DNA of 64,000 nt from the human T2T-CHM13v2.0 reference genome, Homo sapiens. Numbering within the stretch: position 1 is the stretch's first letter; every line of letters begins with the position of its first letter. The stretch is taken from assembly GCF_009914755.1 (NCBI RefSeq), contig NC_060928.1; one strand, given 5' to 3'. Positions 45,346 through 59,780 of this stretch are shown here, piece after piece. Under the pieces are notes generated by a model, which saw only the letters and a program-made list of their open reading frames with translations, was not told the origin of the DNA and made no database searches. Both the position numbers and the translations under genes were made by a program.

Positions 45346-45484
45346 TTCAAAAGTAGTTTGTGTATCTGCTGTGGAATTACTTTATATAAACTTTACATAT
45401 TTGTTATTTGGGAATAATGTGGCACAAATACATTCATCACTGAGATACTACCAAACATGCTGTATTTCTGTTTAAGAATAGTAA

Positions 45485-45786
45485 GGCTGGTGCAGTGGTG
45501 CATGCCTATAATCCAGGCACTTTGCGAGACTGAGGCAGGAGGATCCCTTGAGCCCAGGAGTTCAAGAACAGCCTGGGCAACATAATGAGACTTCATCTCT
45601 AAAATTTTTTTTTAAGCATTAGCTGGTTGTGATGGTGTGTACACCTATAGTCTCAGCTACTTAGGGGGCTGAGGTGGTAAAATGGCTTGAGCCCTGAAGA
45701 GTGAGGCTGCAGTGAGCCATAATTTGAGCCACCGCACTCTAGCCTGGGCTACAGAGCAAGACCCTCTCTCAAAAAAAAAAAAAAAA
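45485..45786 (+). mobile_element. AluJ
   Basis: cttgagcccaggagttcaag and other J-type features; A-tail. Confidence 0.9.
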
Positions 45787-45964
45787 TGTAAATATGAGTC
45801 AATTCCTTTGAGAATGACACTAAAGAAAACTTTTTTCATGCTCTGCTACGTATCTGGTATATGTTACATATTTAGCCTAAAAAAAGAACGCTTTTAGGTT
45901 CTCCTTCCAATCTCTTTATCCCAGCCGCTTTTAAAAATAATTGGTCATTCCTTTCACTTACGAA

Positions 45965-46111
45965 AATGTGAAGAAGTACCTTCCGCCATAATTGTAAGTT
46001 TCTTGAGGCCTCCCCAGCCTTGCGGAACTGTGAGTCAATTAAATCTTTTTTTCTTTATAAATTACTCAGTCTTGGGTATTTCTTCATAGCAACATGAGAA
46101 CGAACTAACAC
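45965..46111 (+). mobile_element. THE1/MST LTR, 3' part only
   Basis: ttgtaagtttcttgaggcctccccagcc...ctgtgagtcaattaaa...gaactaacaCA; the 5' half is missing. Confidence 0.85.
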
Positions 46112-46357
46112 AGTAGCTAATCAGGACAAGAAAGGAGGTCAGTGTGGCTGGAGTACTGTAATTAAAGGTAGGCAAAACTTGATTCGAGGTAAGAAAGTTA
46201 GGATGAAATTAGTTCTTTATCTTTTAGTATCCATATGACCTAAATACTTACAATTTGCTTCTTAATTCACTTGGAGTTTATTTAATGCATAAAATTTGTT
46301 CAGGTCTTTTTTTTTTTCAACAAATTTCCCTCCCCAGATCCCACTATAGCATCCTGA

Positions 46358-46783
<426 letters not shown>

Positions 46784-46856
46784 TGCCTTACTCTTTTTTT
46801 GTCATACTTCAAAATGGTATTTAATTTTGGATTTTGACTTATAAAAAGTAACTTGT

Positions 46857-47238
<382 letters not shown>

Positions 47239-47594
47239 TTAGGTCATTATTTCTTTCCTATGTAACATTGCCAAATAAATAAATATATTTTTAGGGAAGC
47301 ATTTGTATTTTATATCCTATACATGGTCTTTCAATTTTGTAATTGTAAACTTCTTTTGACTACGTTTCTGAATTTCGCAGTTGCTCTTGACAGCTGTGAT
47401 CATTGGTAAATTACCTCTATTTTAAGGTATACCTAATAGTTCTTAGTTTACAAATTTGGAAGCTGGTGTACATACACTATGTGTGGTTATCTAAAATACA
47501 TTTCCATAAAATGATATCCACTTCAATCGCGTTTAGTAACAACCTTTATTAATATTTTACCTGCTTACTAGTTCATCCCCTCCTTAACGTGTAT

Positions 47595-47595
<1 letters not shown>

Positions 47596-47637
<42 letters not shown>
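47596..47637. repeat. (GT)21 microsatellite
   Basis: Perfect dinucleotide run. Confidence 0.98.
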
Positions 47638-47639
<2 letters not shown>

Positions 47640-47645
47640 CACTTA

Positions 47646-47780
<135 letters not shown>

Positions 47781-49999
47781 TTAGATTAAACGATAAAAAT
47801 AGATGTTTTTAAGGTTCATTTGTGTCTATGAGTATTAGCCTACTGCATAAATTGGTGAAACAGGTAGATTTTTTGTAACTAGATTAAGTGATATTGCAAA
47901 TAACGACTTCCTTGGAAGAACCAGGGGGAGAAAGCCTAATATATGTATAGTTAATTTGGAATAAAAATAAATATTGAACCTAATAAACTGGTTTCTTTCT
48001 TCAGATATAGTAAAAAGGAGATTTTATTTTAATAAACTAACCATTATTAATATATTTTTCTGTGTATTTGCCCAGTCCAATACACACTTAATCTTCTGTA
48101 TAAACTGTCCCTGTCAATAAATTGAATGAGCTAGAGTATCTTTTTTCTTTTTCTTTTTCTTATTCTTTTCTTCCCTACCCTACCCTCCATGGGCCTGTCA
48201 GCTTGAATCCATTGATTTGACTCTAATTCAAATGGAAACAATTCAGTTTTCTCTATTAGAAATTTTATATTTTAATTCTAATGAGTCTGGTTGTATGGTT
48301 AAAATAATTAACTTTTGAGTGCTTGAGCTGAGTGGGGGTAACCATATTTGAACTATAGAGAGACACTAACAATATTTGGAAAGGTAATTGAAAAAAGACG
48401 AAGTGATTGCAAAAGATTAATTGGCTAACTGGTCTAAATTTGATAGCTGTTTGATTTTTTAGTGCTAAAATCATGTTAAATTTCCTCTGAAGTATTTAGA
48501 CAGATAAGGGAAAGTAATTTACTTTGGAGTTTTCAAAGAGAAAAAAATACAACTTAACAATAATAAATTTGACTACCATTAACTATTTTGTCTTCATCTG
48601 CTACCATTTTTTTTAAGAAACAATTTGAATCTGCATGTTTTGCTCAAAAATGCAGTTAGCTGTCCACATTGGTTAGAAATCATGTTCACAGCTCTGTTGA
48701 GAAGATTGTTAGAATGAATAATACATATGCATGGTTTCATATATATTCATATGCATATATGTGTGTAATTAAAAGTTTTATATACATACATAATTACACA
48801 CAAATACATAAATAGTAATTTACATATGGAGGTTTCTTCAGTTATAATTCTGTCTTTTAGAAATATATATATATTTTCTCATGTACCAAGAAAGATTTGT
48901 GTGTGAGAAGTAAAAACAATGCAACTTCTGATCAAGTCAATATAAAAAGCAATCTCATTTGAGAGACTGTAGTAATTTATGGCTTACAAAATACCCCATT
49001 ATTCAGATATAAAGAAAATGTTTGCCACTTGTGAATGTGTAATGATAGAATGCCAAAACTCTGGAATAATGATGAGGGTAATTGTTTTAGTACAATAAAA
49101 TGTTTAAAATAGTTATTTCAACACCAATTGATCTAGTGAAGTCAAATTTGAGCAAATTCTCTAAGAATATATCAGGAATATAAAATGTTGTGTACAATAG
49201 TTAACTTGGACCAAGTGTCAATCTTTATTAACTTAATAAAAATGCTAACACAGATCTGAAGTTTCTTCGCATGAGAGGAAATTAAACTATAATCTTATCT
49301 CAATCATCTCTCAAAAATAATTCAAGAGAGCCTACTAGTATATAAAATATGTTTTAGAAGGCTTAATATTTTATAAAGAATATTTTTCTGCTAGAATATG
49401 GAGGGTTATGAATAATATGTCCTGAAAGCACTAGAGAATGATAAGTAACTTTTGGACAATGCATTTAAAAAAATTATTTCAGTGCAAATAGAAGAAAGGG
49501 GAAAAGACGATTTATTAAACTTAGAAAGTAATCAGAAAATAGTTCAAGATGAAGAAAATAAGGGCTAGATAGACACATATTAATATGGTCTTCTGAAAAT
49601 GGAACTGGTCTTTTCTACTAAAGGGAAATAAAACAAAATCAAAACCAAATACAATCAAGTAAACAGATAAGCAGTCATATACAAACCAAGTACATCGCAA
49701 GAACTTACAGACTAGAAACTCCCCTATAATACAGAATTATACTGAAGACTATATTCTAAAGAGGCAGATACACCTTTTTCTTATTTTGAAGACAAACACT
49801 ATATTGAAATTTCAATTTATTTCTATTATCAAATAGTATTTATAGCTCCTCTTTCAAAAAGTTAACTGTATTAAACTAATCTTCTGTTTTGAATACAAAA
49901 TTCATTGTTTGTACTAGGCAAGCAAGGAAATTGAGAGTCTTTGAAACCTCAGTGGAATCTTCAACGTGATATATGTACAAATTGAAAAAGGTAATAATC

Positions 50000-50299
50000 G
50001 GCCAGGCGCTGTGGCTCTCGCCTGTAATCCCAGCACTTTGGGAGGCCGAGGCGGGCGGATGACAAGGTCAGGAGATCGAGACCATCCTGGCTAACACGGT
50101 GAAACCCCGTCTCTACTAAAAATATAAAAAATTAGCCGGGCGTGGTGGCAGGTGCCTGGAATCCCAGCTACTCGGGAGGCTGAGGCAGAAGAATGGCGTG
50201 AACCTGGGAGGCGGAGCTTGCAGTGAGCCAAGATCATGGCCACTGCACTCCAGCCTGGGAGACAGAGCGAGACTCCGTCTCCAAAAAAAAAGAAAAAAA
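50000..50299 (+). mobile_element. AluY
   Basis: CpG-rich with Y-type features; perfect 16-bp TSD gaaaaaggtaataatc at 49984 and 50300. Confidence 0.97.
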
Positions 50300-50799
50300 G
50301 AAAAAGGTAATAATCTGCTTAAAAAATACATTGAAACATGGCTGCAACTGTGAATTGGTGAGAGCCCATGTGCTTAAACTGTGCTTAATGCATTTCGTTT
50401 TATCTTGAAAAAAAAAAATGAGTGCTATCATTATTAGGGCATTGTTGGATTTACTGTCTCTTTTTCTAAAATTGCTATCAGCAGTTAAAAAAATGTATAT
50501 TTCAGAATTGTTGAAAACAAAATAAAGTAGTTTTAACCTTAATCTCCTGAAGATAAGGGTGTTGCATAAAGTTTTGGGAGCATTTATCACTTGTAATACA
50601 GTAAGATCACTTTGTACTTAATGAATACTGTTGAAGTTAGTATCCTGCTAGATAAAGATTGTGGTTTTTTTGTAGTTTGACAGATAAATAACATATAATG
50701 GAGATTTCTATTCTATATAATTCAAACACAGAATACTAATGAGTCTAGTGAGAAAAACTGATCAAAATATTTTTAAAAAGCCTTTTTCAGCCTTCAGAG

Positions 50800-53130
50800 A
50801 TTTAATGTCATTGAGGAATTAGAAGGTCAAAAATGTTGAAATGGGGGATCCAGAGAAGAGATTGAACCTTGCATAAGAAGCCTCATATGAGCCTGATAAG
50901 AACAGATTTTTGATGGGGCCTGGGAATAAAAAAACAAAAACAGTTGTTCATCATCTCCAAAGGATGAAGGTGGCCTCATAAAACTGTCTCCACAGATTCT
51001 AAAGCTCAACCTAAAATCATTTCAGTCATTGATTTGATCAAGATGACTTGGATCCAATAATACAGTTCATTCATTTAGAAGATGGTAACTTATATTTGAA
51101 AGAAGATAAAAATCACCGTAAGTCTCAGCTATCATTAACATTTTTCACATACATTTTCTGTACTTAGAAATATGCAGGTATACAAAGACCAAACAGACTG
51201 TGAGCAAAACCAAGAGAAATAGCAAAAATAAAAATAAAAAAATTAAAGATGCACATAACAGGAATATCAGACACAAACTTTAACAAAAACTATCTCTTAT
51301 GTGTTAAATGAAAGATAAGGTTGAGATTTTCAGATATGTAAAAACTTTGAAAAGAAAAATATTGAAATGTAATGTAAAATTTAAAAGAAGAATTTAAAGA
51401 GAATAATGGACAAGAAATAGTTGAATAGATAATGGTAGCTAATTTTTCAAATTATATGCATGTGTGTGTGTGCGCATGAACACATGAAACCACCAACTCA
51501 GATAAAACTAAAGCAAGGTAAATAAAAATATGATAATAATTGTGCATATCATAGTCAAATTGCCGATAACAAAACCAAACAAGAATTGTTTAGAAAAGAC
51601 ACATTACTTTCAAAGGAGTAAAGCTGACTTTTCAACAGAAACAATGGAATTCAGAAATTAAAAAAATAAAATATTGTGAAGTCAAGAAAAGAGAACTGCC
51701 AACATAAACTTATTTTTATGTAAAAATATTCTTTAACAATAAAAGTTAATAAGGACATGTTAAGATAAACAAGAATGGAGATAATTCATCAATGACAGAA
51801 CTACAATAAAACACTAAAGATGTTCTTCAGGGAGAAGGAGACAGATGTAAGTTCAGCATTAGAAGAAATAACTAAATCGCAGCAAAAAGGTTAAGTCTAA
51901 AGGATAAAGTATTTGTTAGATAAAATTTTAGTAATGTATTTGGATTTAAGATATATGGAAAATTATATTGTACCAAAACCATGAAAATGAGTCAGGAGGT
52001 GCTCAAATATAAAGTCATTCAATGTCATATTCAATATTTATGAAATATTTTTACCTTAGTAAAATCAAATGTAAAAATGTATATTAGCATTTAATATCTC
52101 AAGGGTTCACTCTGTAATCTCTTTGGTAACCCCTAGAATTAGTAAAATAGAAGATATAAATACCAAAATAACACAAAGGTAATAGAAAAGACAGCATGAC
52201 AATTAATTCAAAATAAGGTAAGAAAAAAAGAGAAATAAGGGTTATAGAACACGTGAGACAAATTGAAGAAAATTAGATTTAGACATTAAAAATGTGAAAT
52301 TTACAATAAAAATAGGGTATCATTACAGGTAAAACATAAAACTACTAAACTCATAAGAAAATGCAGGAGAGAACTCCAGGACCTACAACTAAGTTGAAGG
52401 ATTCTTATATATGAAAGTAAAAGCATAATCTTTAAAAGAAAACCTTGATAAATTAGACTGCATTAAAATTGAAAACAATTCTTTCAGTGAAAAGTTCTGC
52501 TAAGATGATGAAAAGACAAGTTAAAGAAGGAGAGAAAATATTTCCAAACCACATATACAAGGACTCGTATCTACATTACATAAAGAATTCTCAAGACTCA
52601 ACACTGTATCCCAGATAAATTTTTTAAAAAGTTCATACAAATACCCCTAATATTCATTGCAGCTTTATTTGTTAATAGCAAAATACTAAAAACCACCCAA
52701 ATGTAATTCAAAGAGTAAGTGGTTAAACAAAATCCATTACATCCATATAACTGAATACTACTCACCAATGTAAAGGAACCAATTATTGATACAAACAAAA
52801 ATCAGGATGGATTTCAAGGACACTATGCTTACAGAAAAATTAACATCAATCTCAAAATATTGTCTGAATCCTTTTATAGAGCATTTTCCACATGACAAAA
52901 ATATGGAGATGAAGAACACATCAGTGGTTACTCCAGGATAGGAAAAAGTGTATGTAAGTATGCAAAGATAAAAGGAAGAAGTTCCTTCTTAAGGATGAAG
53001 CAATTCTCTATCTTGACATTGGTGTTAGATACATGAACTTATACAAGGGATAAATTGTATAGAATTACACATTAACTCATACATACATGAATTAATACAA
53101 AAATGGTGAAAACTGCATAACTTTAATTAA
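50800..53130 (+). mobile_element. Old fragmented L1M (ORF1, ORF2 and an L1MD-like 3' UTR)
   Basis: gctgacttttcaacagaaacaatggaa (ORF1), aatgtttccaaaccacata-like ORF2 end, ttcattgcagctttatttgttaatagc, gataaattgtatagaattacac. Boundaries approximate. Confidence 0.7.
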
Positions 53131-55003
53131 TTAACAGTCTTCATATAATGAGAATTGTTATATTTTCATATTAATCTTTTATCCTAAGTTTTTTAGTAAG
53201 TTAAATGAGGCAAGATTTTACTCAATATTTTGTAACACACTGTTAGTTGGAGAAAAATATTAAAATCTTAATTTTAACCTTGCTAAATTAGATTATTTCC
53301 CTATTATATTATTTATTATAGGAACAAATTTTCATATTTTTCAATGAACAAGAATGTCATATGTGGTAAAACATTACTTTTGTTGCATAATTTAGTTGAT
53401 CTGAAATGGGTGTAATTGCAATGTAATGTGTATATTTTTAGCATTTAATAGAACTGACTCATTTGGAGCAAAAAGATGTGTGATCCATGGGGTTGATGTA
53501 GAAATATCCAGCCTATTTGCAGAGTTCTCTTTGTCACATAGATGATTTTCCTCTCAAACAAGCTATAATTTTCTAGTACAATTGTCAAATAATTCCACTA
53601 TAGTGTGTTTTCTTCTCAGTGCTTATCCAAGTGATGAAGCTGAAATTTCTAATGATTTAATGGTTTAATGCTGCTCACCCTGACGCAATTTCTGTAAACA
53701 GAGTTCCCTTTTCGTTGTAAATGTGGACAAAGACCCTGTGAATATTTTAACCTTTGAAGACCAAACACTCTTTTCTAAAATCTCTTTAAGCAAAGGTCTG
53801 TAGACATCACATTTAAGTACAGTATTAAAACTTTATTTGCAAATGCATGCATCGTCTATAGGTTGTTTTCTAAACATTAAAATGTGCTTCACAAGAATTC
53901 ATAAGGTTCTAAACTCAATCTTTAGTGGTACAAGTTAGTACTCAAAAGCTCAATATACTTTGGAAAATAAATCAACTATTTTTTTTCATTTGTTATTCAT
54001 TTATTTGTTTGTTCAAAAAATATTTATTGAGCTCCTTACTGTACTGCAAACACGACCATAGAACATTGGCAGCTTCTTTTCTCACCTTTGTGGGCATATA
54101 TACTACTAATTTCTTAAAGTTTTTCACACAGAAAATATTTTCTTAATGAAAACATAAAATAGAACTCATTAATTACATGGGAAATATATCTTAAAAAGAA
54201 AGACTGTTAGAAAATATTCACAGATGTAGCAATATTTTAATTAATAAATTTAAAATTAAATTTGTGTTAGATTAAAATTAACAAATATTAATGTATAAAT
54301 TATCATACATTTGTAAAACTTACAAAAATTGGTTGTTTAATTGTAAAGAAACAGCTCAAATCACTATGAATGGTAATGTTGATTGATTGTTAATTGTGGC
54401 AAAAAGAAAAGTCATTTTGAATAGAAAAATATTAAAAGTAATCACAAATATGGAGTGGAATGTAAATGCAAAGAAAAACTTTCATAGTTTAAATAATACA
54501 AATAACAGAAGTTTAATGTAATTGAAAGAAAAGGAGCTCATTATTCTTTGTATATCAAAACTGTTTATTAATTTTTCACTGCCTCTGTTACTAAATATCA
54601 TATTAACATTTCCTCTTGCTGTTGAAGCTATTCCATTGATTTATTCTATTACCCATGAGTGTTTCAATACTGTGCACTAGTACCAAGTATTTTCACTGCC
54701 TCTTAACCCTCTATGTCTTTTCAATGTCGTCCTCATTCATCTAATGCCATTTTCAAATACCATGATTTTAACACCTGCTATTTTCCTCCAAAAAGAGCCA
54801 AAATAATATTTTCACAGGCTGAAGGAAGTTTACTTTTTCATGGTCAGTTGCCAAAAGTTTGTTTCTCTGCCTGAGAACCTCCTTTTTAACTGGATATTCT
54901 ATACTCTTCTCTCCAGTGTCAAAAGAATCTGTGATGTTCCTAGATTACTAGAAGGAAAAGGTAAAGAGATACCATGTAAATAACAAAGCATAGGTGGAGC
55001 AGA

Positions 55004-55419
55004 TGAAACCAGCCCAATAGTCCCATAGACAGTTATTTTTGGATAAATGTAGAAATTGACCCCTATTACTGTTAAAGTTTGAAACTTGTATCTGTTCTAC
55101 CTAAGCTCATTCCTCAGGAGAGAACCTTCAGCTCTCTCAAAAGAGTATCAAAGAACTGAAATTCATCAGATCACCCCACCAGATGCCTCCTTGTCCCTCC
55201 CTAGTACATGTTTTCTTACACATTGTTACATTTCTTCCCTGCTATATAAACCCCTAGTTTTAGTCAGTCAGGCAGATGGATGTGAGACTGAGCTCCCATC
55301 TCCTCAGGGGCAGCTTCCAACTGAAGCCTTCTTCCTTGGCAATACTTGTCATCACCATCATTGGCTTTCTGTGCAGTGAGCAGCAGGACCTAGACCGAAC
55401 CTCTGGTATTTTGGTAACA
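55004..55419 (+). mobile_element. Solo LTR, LTR47-like
   Basis: TGAAACCAGCCCAATAGTCCCATAGAC...GGTAACA, TATA box ctatataaa at about 55242; 416 bp. Confidence 0.7.
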
Positions 55420-55624
55420 AAGTTGAAGCTCCCAGTAATAGAGTGGGTTGACTTTAAAAAAAAAAAAAAAAAAAAAAGGAACTTATCTTCCTTTTTCAAA
55501 ACTGTGGTTTTTCTATTGCTCCAATACTTGAGTAGAACTTTGGCCACTCGTCATAGTAAGAATAGAAAATTAAAAATACCTTTCACTACATTTTGTTTCG
55601 CTATGAGTTTATTTGATAGAATTA

Positions 55625-55819
<195 letters not shown>

Positions 55820-56119
55820 TTATTTTAATACAATTTCTTAGCATAACGATAAAGAATTTCTTAGTGTAAAATCAGTAAAAGCTAAAGATTAATTTAATAT
55901 GGAAATTACAATGTACAAGAAATCTTCAAAGTAAAACAAAATGTGAACAATGCCATTTTATAACATATATCTAGCAACTCTTCAAATGCACAGTGGTTTC
56001 CCAATACCATCTACCCAAAATTTAGACTACCATTAGTTACTATCCTATTATTTCTGAGAACATGTCATATTAGGACCTAAACAAATAACATACAGGAATT
56101 TTTTTAAAGTGTAATTTTA

Positions 56120-56422
56120 GGACAGGTGTGAAGGCTCACATCTGTAATCTCAAAACTTTGTCGAGCTGAGGTGAGCAGATCGCTTGAGCCCAGGAGTTCC
56201 ATCTTGGTGACATGACAAAACCCTGTCTCTACAAAAAAACAGAAAAAAATTAGCCAGGCATGGTGCTGTGTGCCTGTAGTCCCAGCAATTCAGGAGGCTG
56301 AGGTGGGAGGATTGCTTGAGCCAGGGAGGTCAAGGCTACAGTGAACTGTGATCGCTTCACTGTACTCCAGTCTGGGCGACAAAGAGACCCTGCCTCAAAA
56401 TGAAAACAAAACAAAACAACAA
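56120..56422 (+). mobile_element. AluJ
   Basis: Diverged Alu with a (CAAAA)n tail; TSD aaagtgtaatttt. Confidence 0.9.
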
Positions 56423-56529
56423 AAAGTGTAATTTTGAGTGTTAGTAGAACTACATCTCAACTACTTTCTAAATGATTTTATAAGAGCATAAATTAGTGGT
56501 GGATAGATGAATGGTCCCTCCAAAGCACC

Positions 56530-57130
56530 GGGAGAATGGTGTAATTTATCTTTTTAAAATATATTCTGGATGCTGTGTGAAAAATAGAAAGAAGGGAAGC
56601 AAGGTGATTATTTAGGAGACATTTAAAATTAATCCAGCTGGAGCTGATGTTTGTTGAGATTAAGGTGGTACTGGTGAGAATGTTAAAATGTATCAGTTGT
56701 AAATATATTTGGAACATAGCCTAGATTCAACTTCTTGATCAGCTGATTGAAAGGAGAAGATTCAGTGAGGTAAAGACAGTTAGATTTTTGGCCCGAGTAC
56801 TTAAATGCATTGTAATGTCATTAACTGACATGAAGAAGACTACAGAAAAAGCAAGATCTGAGGGTAAAATTAAGAGTCCTTAAGGTATTTTAAGTGTGTG
56901 GTATCTCTTAGACATTCAAGAAAGAACTGACAAATAGGCAGCAGGGTAGAAGTGTGTGTAGATATTTGAAAGTCATTAACATTTAAAACCGTGGGGCTTC
57001 ATGAGATTGTTTGTGTATTCAGCATGGAAAGAAAGGAATGAAAACACACTAAGGTTTCCAGTATTACAGACTTTAGACATAGTAAGACAAAGATATAACA
57101 AAGGTTACTTAAAGGAGCTACTCATAAGAT
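56530..57130 (-). mobile_element. L2 fragment
   Basis: ttctggatgctgtgtgaaaaataga...tagatttttggcccgagtac...ttagacattcaag resembles antisense L2. Confidence 0.65.
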
Positions 57131-57856
57131 AGAGGTAAAATAAACATAATTGACTCCATTCTTAAAAATAACCATCCGACAAGTCTGGAATGTGTATATG
57201 GGAAGATATGTAAAAAAATATCTTTTTAAGCACTATTTATAATAAAATATTTGAAAAACACTTAAATGTTATTTAATAAGGTAAGAGATAAATATTTTGT
57301 TTTATTTAAAGAAATGTATACCAAGCAGGAAGAAAAATGAGTAGACTAGAGCTCAAATACCAAAATGGATTAATCTCTCAAATATAATCCTATTATTGTT
57401 GTTATTATTATTGTTATACTTAACATATGTTATTTGTGATTTATATTATCTACATCATTAAAAGGCATCATTCCAGTCTCTATTTTTGAAATAAATAAAA
57501 AAAGTTAATTTGCATCTACCATTAGATGATCTTTCAGAATCCAAGATATCTGCTTATATTTATAATTAAAGGTCTTTTAAAAGGAAACAAAAAATATACA
57601 ATTATTGTATATTACATTTGAAGGCAGAAATTTGATAAATCCACTTTTAACAGCCAGATAATTTAGGTGGTCATGTTAATGTATATGGTTCTCTGGGTAC
57701 TTTATTGAAAACAATTTCATAGTTATATTTTAGAAATTTCATGTAAATTGATTACTATTTGTAAAATACATACATATATATACATATATAATTACATATA
57801 ATTTGGTATTGCTTTGAAAATGTGAATGTAGTCCTGTGTTTACCTAAGAACACATG

Positions 57857-58592
57857 TGTGGTAGGCAGATTTCTTAGATAATCCTCAGGATTTCTGCTAC
57901 CTGTATAATCCCTGAGGTTCTGCATATGATATAGGCTATTACTCTGTTGATTAAATTATATTGCATGGCTTTAAAAAATGAGATTATCTAGGTAGTCCTG
58001 ATTTATTGCATGAGTTTTTATAATGTGTGTGCAGAAATCAGAGACAGAGGAATTCAGAGATCCAGTGCATTGGGAAGATTCACTGTGCTATTGCTGGCTT
58101 GAAGATGGAGAAGGTCAACGTCAAGGATACAGGTGGCCTTTGAGAAAAGACAGCCACCTCTAGGAAGTGACAGCCAGCAAGAACACAGGAACTTCTTCCA
58201 TGCAACTGCAAAGACCAAACAAACAGACAAACAAACATAAAATGCAAAAGGGTGCTCTCACCATTATTCCATCTGTGATGAGCACCCTTTCTGCAGAAAG
58301 TAATAATTGCCTTGCTGAGAGAATTAAATTTATGTTTGAGTGCTATTTCTTTGGAGCACCAGGGAACAAGCATTTCCAACACAAACTCTTCCAATAACAC
58401 AAAAGAAGATGGAAGTGGCTTTTTGTCAAGAGTCTTCACATGAGAATTCAGTTCAGTCAACACTCTGATTCCAGTCTTATACAATCCTAATCAGAGAATC
58501 AAGCCATAATATGGCTTCAATCTAATAAATGATAGTTTTTTTATACTGCTAAATTTGTGTAAATTTGTTACATAGCAATACAAAACTTTCAC
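57857..58592 (+). mobile_element. MLT1 (MLT1E-like) MaLR LTR with a nested insertion
   Basis: tgtggtaggcaga start, ttgctggcttgaagatggag, aatttgttacatagcaata end. Confidence 0.75.
58243..58381 (+). mobile_element. 3' fragment of an ERV1 LTR (MER83/MER84-like) nested in MLT1
   Basis: gagcaccctttctgcagaaagtaa...ttgccttgctgaga...gagtgctatttctttg...ttccaaCA. Confidence 0.55.
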
Positions 58593-59364
58593 AATATGGA
58601 TCAAGGTGAAGGCTTTGATATCAAAATTGTCAGTAGTATTAAGACAATTATGTATAAGAACAAGAAAATGTTAAAAAGGACAAAAAATTCAGCTGGCTTT
58701 GTATCACTTGAAAGTGTGCTGAAAATATGTTTCCAATATACATCTATTAGCACCCTTAGAAAAGGGGTTAGTTTCTACCCTTCTATCATGCTTGCCAACT
58801 TCAAAGAACAGATCATTGGCATTCTATTTTTAAAATGTGGTCCCATGAATAAGAGATTTTGAAAAAATGACTTGATAAAATCTAGATGTATCAATAATCA
58901 TAGCGTTCAGACTCAAGAAAAAGGGACCATTGTCCTTGGCTTTCCATGATTATGTCCCTTATCAAAGGGAGAGGAATATATAGGGCCAAGAGGACAGGAA
59001 ATACCTAACTAGATCCCATGACATATCTTTCTAGATCATGCTTCAGCCACTTAAGGGCCCTGAATTTCCTGACCAAATTAACACAAGCACAACCTGGTCT
59101 TTGGATATTCCCTCCCAAGTATGGGCCTGGAACTGGGGTACACAACAAACCTAGTGGTTTGTCAAGACTATTGTATAAAGGATGTGGATGGAGCTTTGAT
59201 GTATTGCTTGGAAACAGTGATGGAAAAAAATCTATTTTTTCTATGTAGAAATCCAATCATTTTAAACATTAGAAATTTTCCCAGTCCTTCCAGGACATTA
59301 TAAAGCATATTAATAAAGGTAGGAATATACAAAATATTTTACTTACCAGATTATATGACAGATT

Positions 59365-59780
59365 TATTGTAAAAATTGCTGAAATTCTTCCCCATATGCA
59401 CACCATATACAGTATGACCTTGTAGTTCTTCTCAGTGATAGCTGTTCTCATATTCCCACCCCTTGAATATGGGCTAACTAGTGACTTGCAGGACAAGTGA
59501 TCATTTGCTATTTCCAAACCTGGGCTTCAACAATTCTTTAGTACCTCTGCTCATTTTTATACCTCTACTCCCAGCTTGTGAGTAGTCCAAACTATTTTGC
59601 TGAGGGGTGAGAGACCACATTGAACAAAGGGAATTTCATGAAAGTTGTGGTTATTGTAGACCAATCATTCCCTAACAGCCCAGCAGCTCACTGCAGCTGC
59701 ATGCATGAACCTATCCAAGTTCAGCTAAATATAGCACAGCTCAGCAGAGACACAGAGCTAAAGAACTGGTTAAAATTTTA
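59365..59780 (+). mobile_element. Old MLT1 LTR fragment
   Basis: ttcccacccttgaatatgggct...gtgacttgc...gagaccacat-type motifs. Confidence 0.5.
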
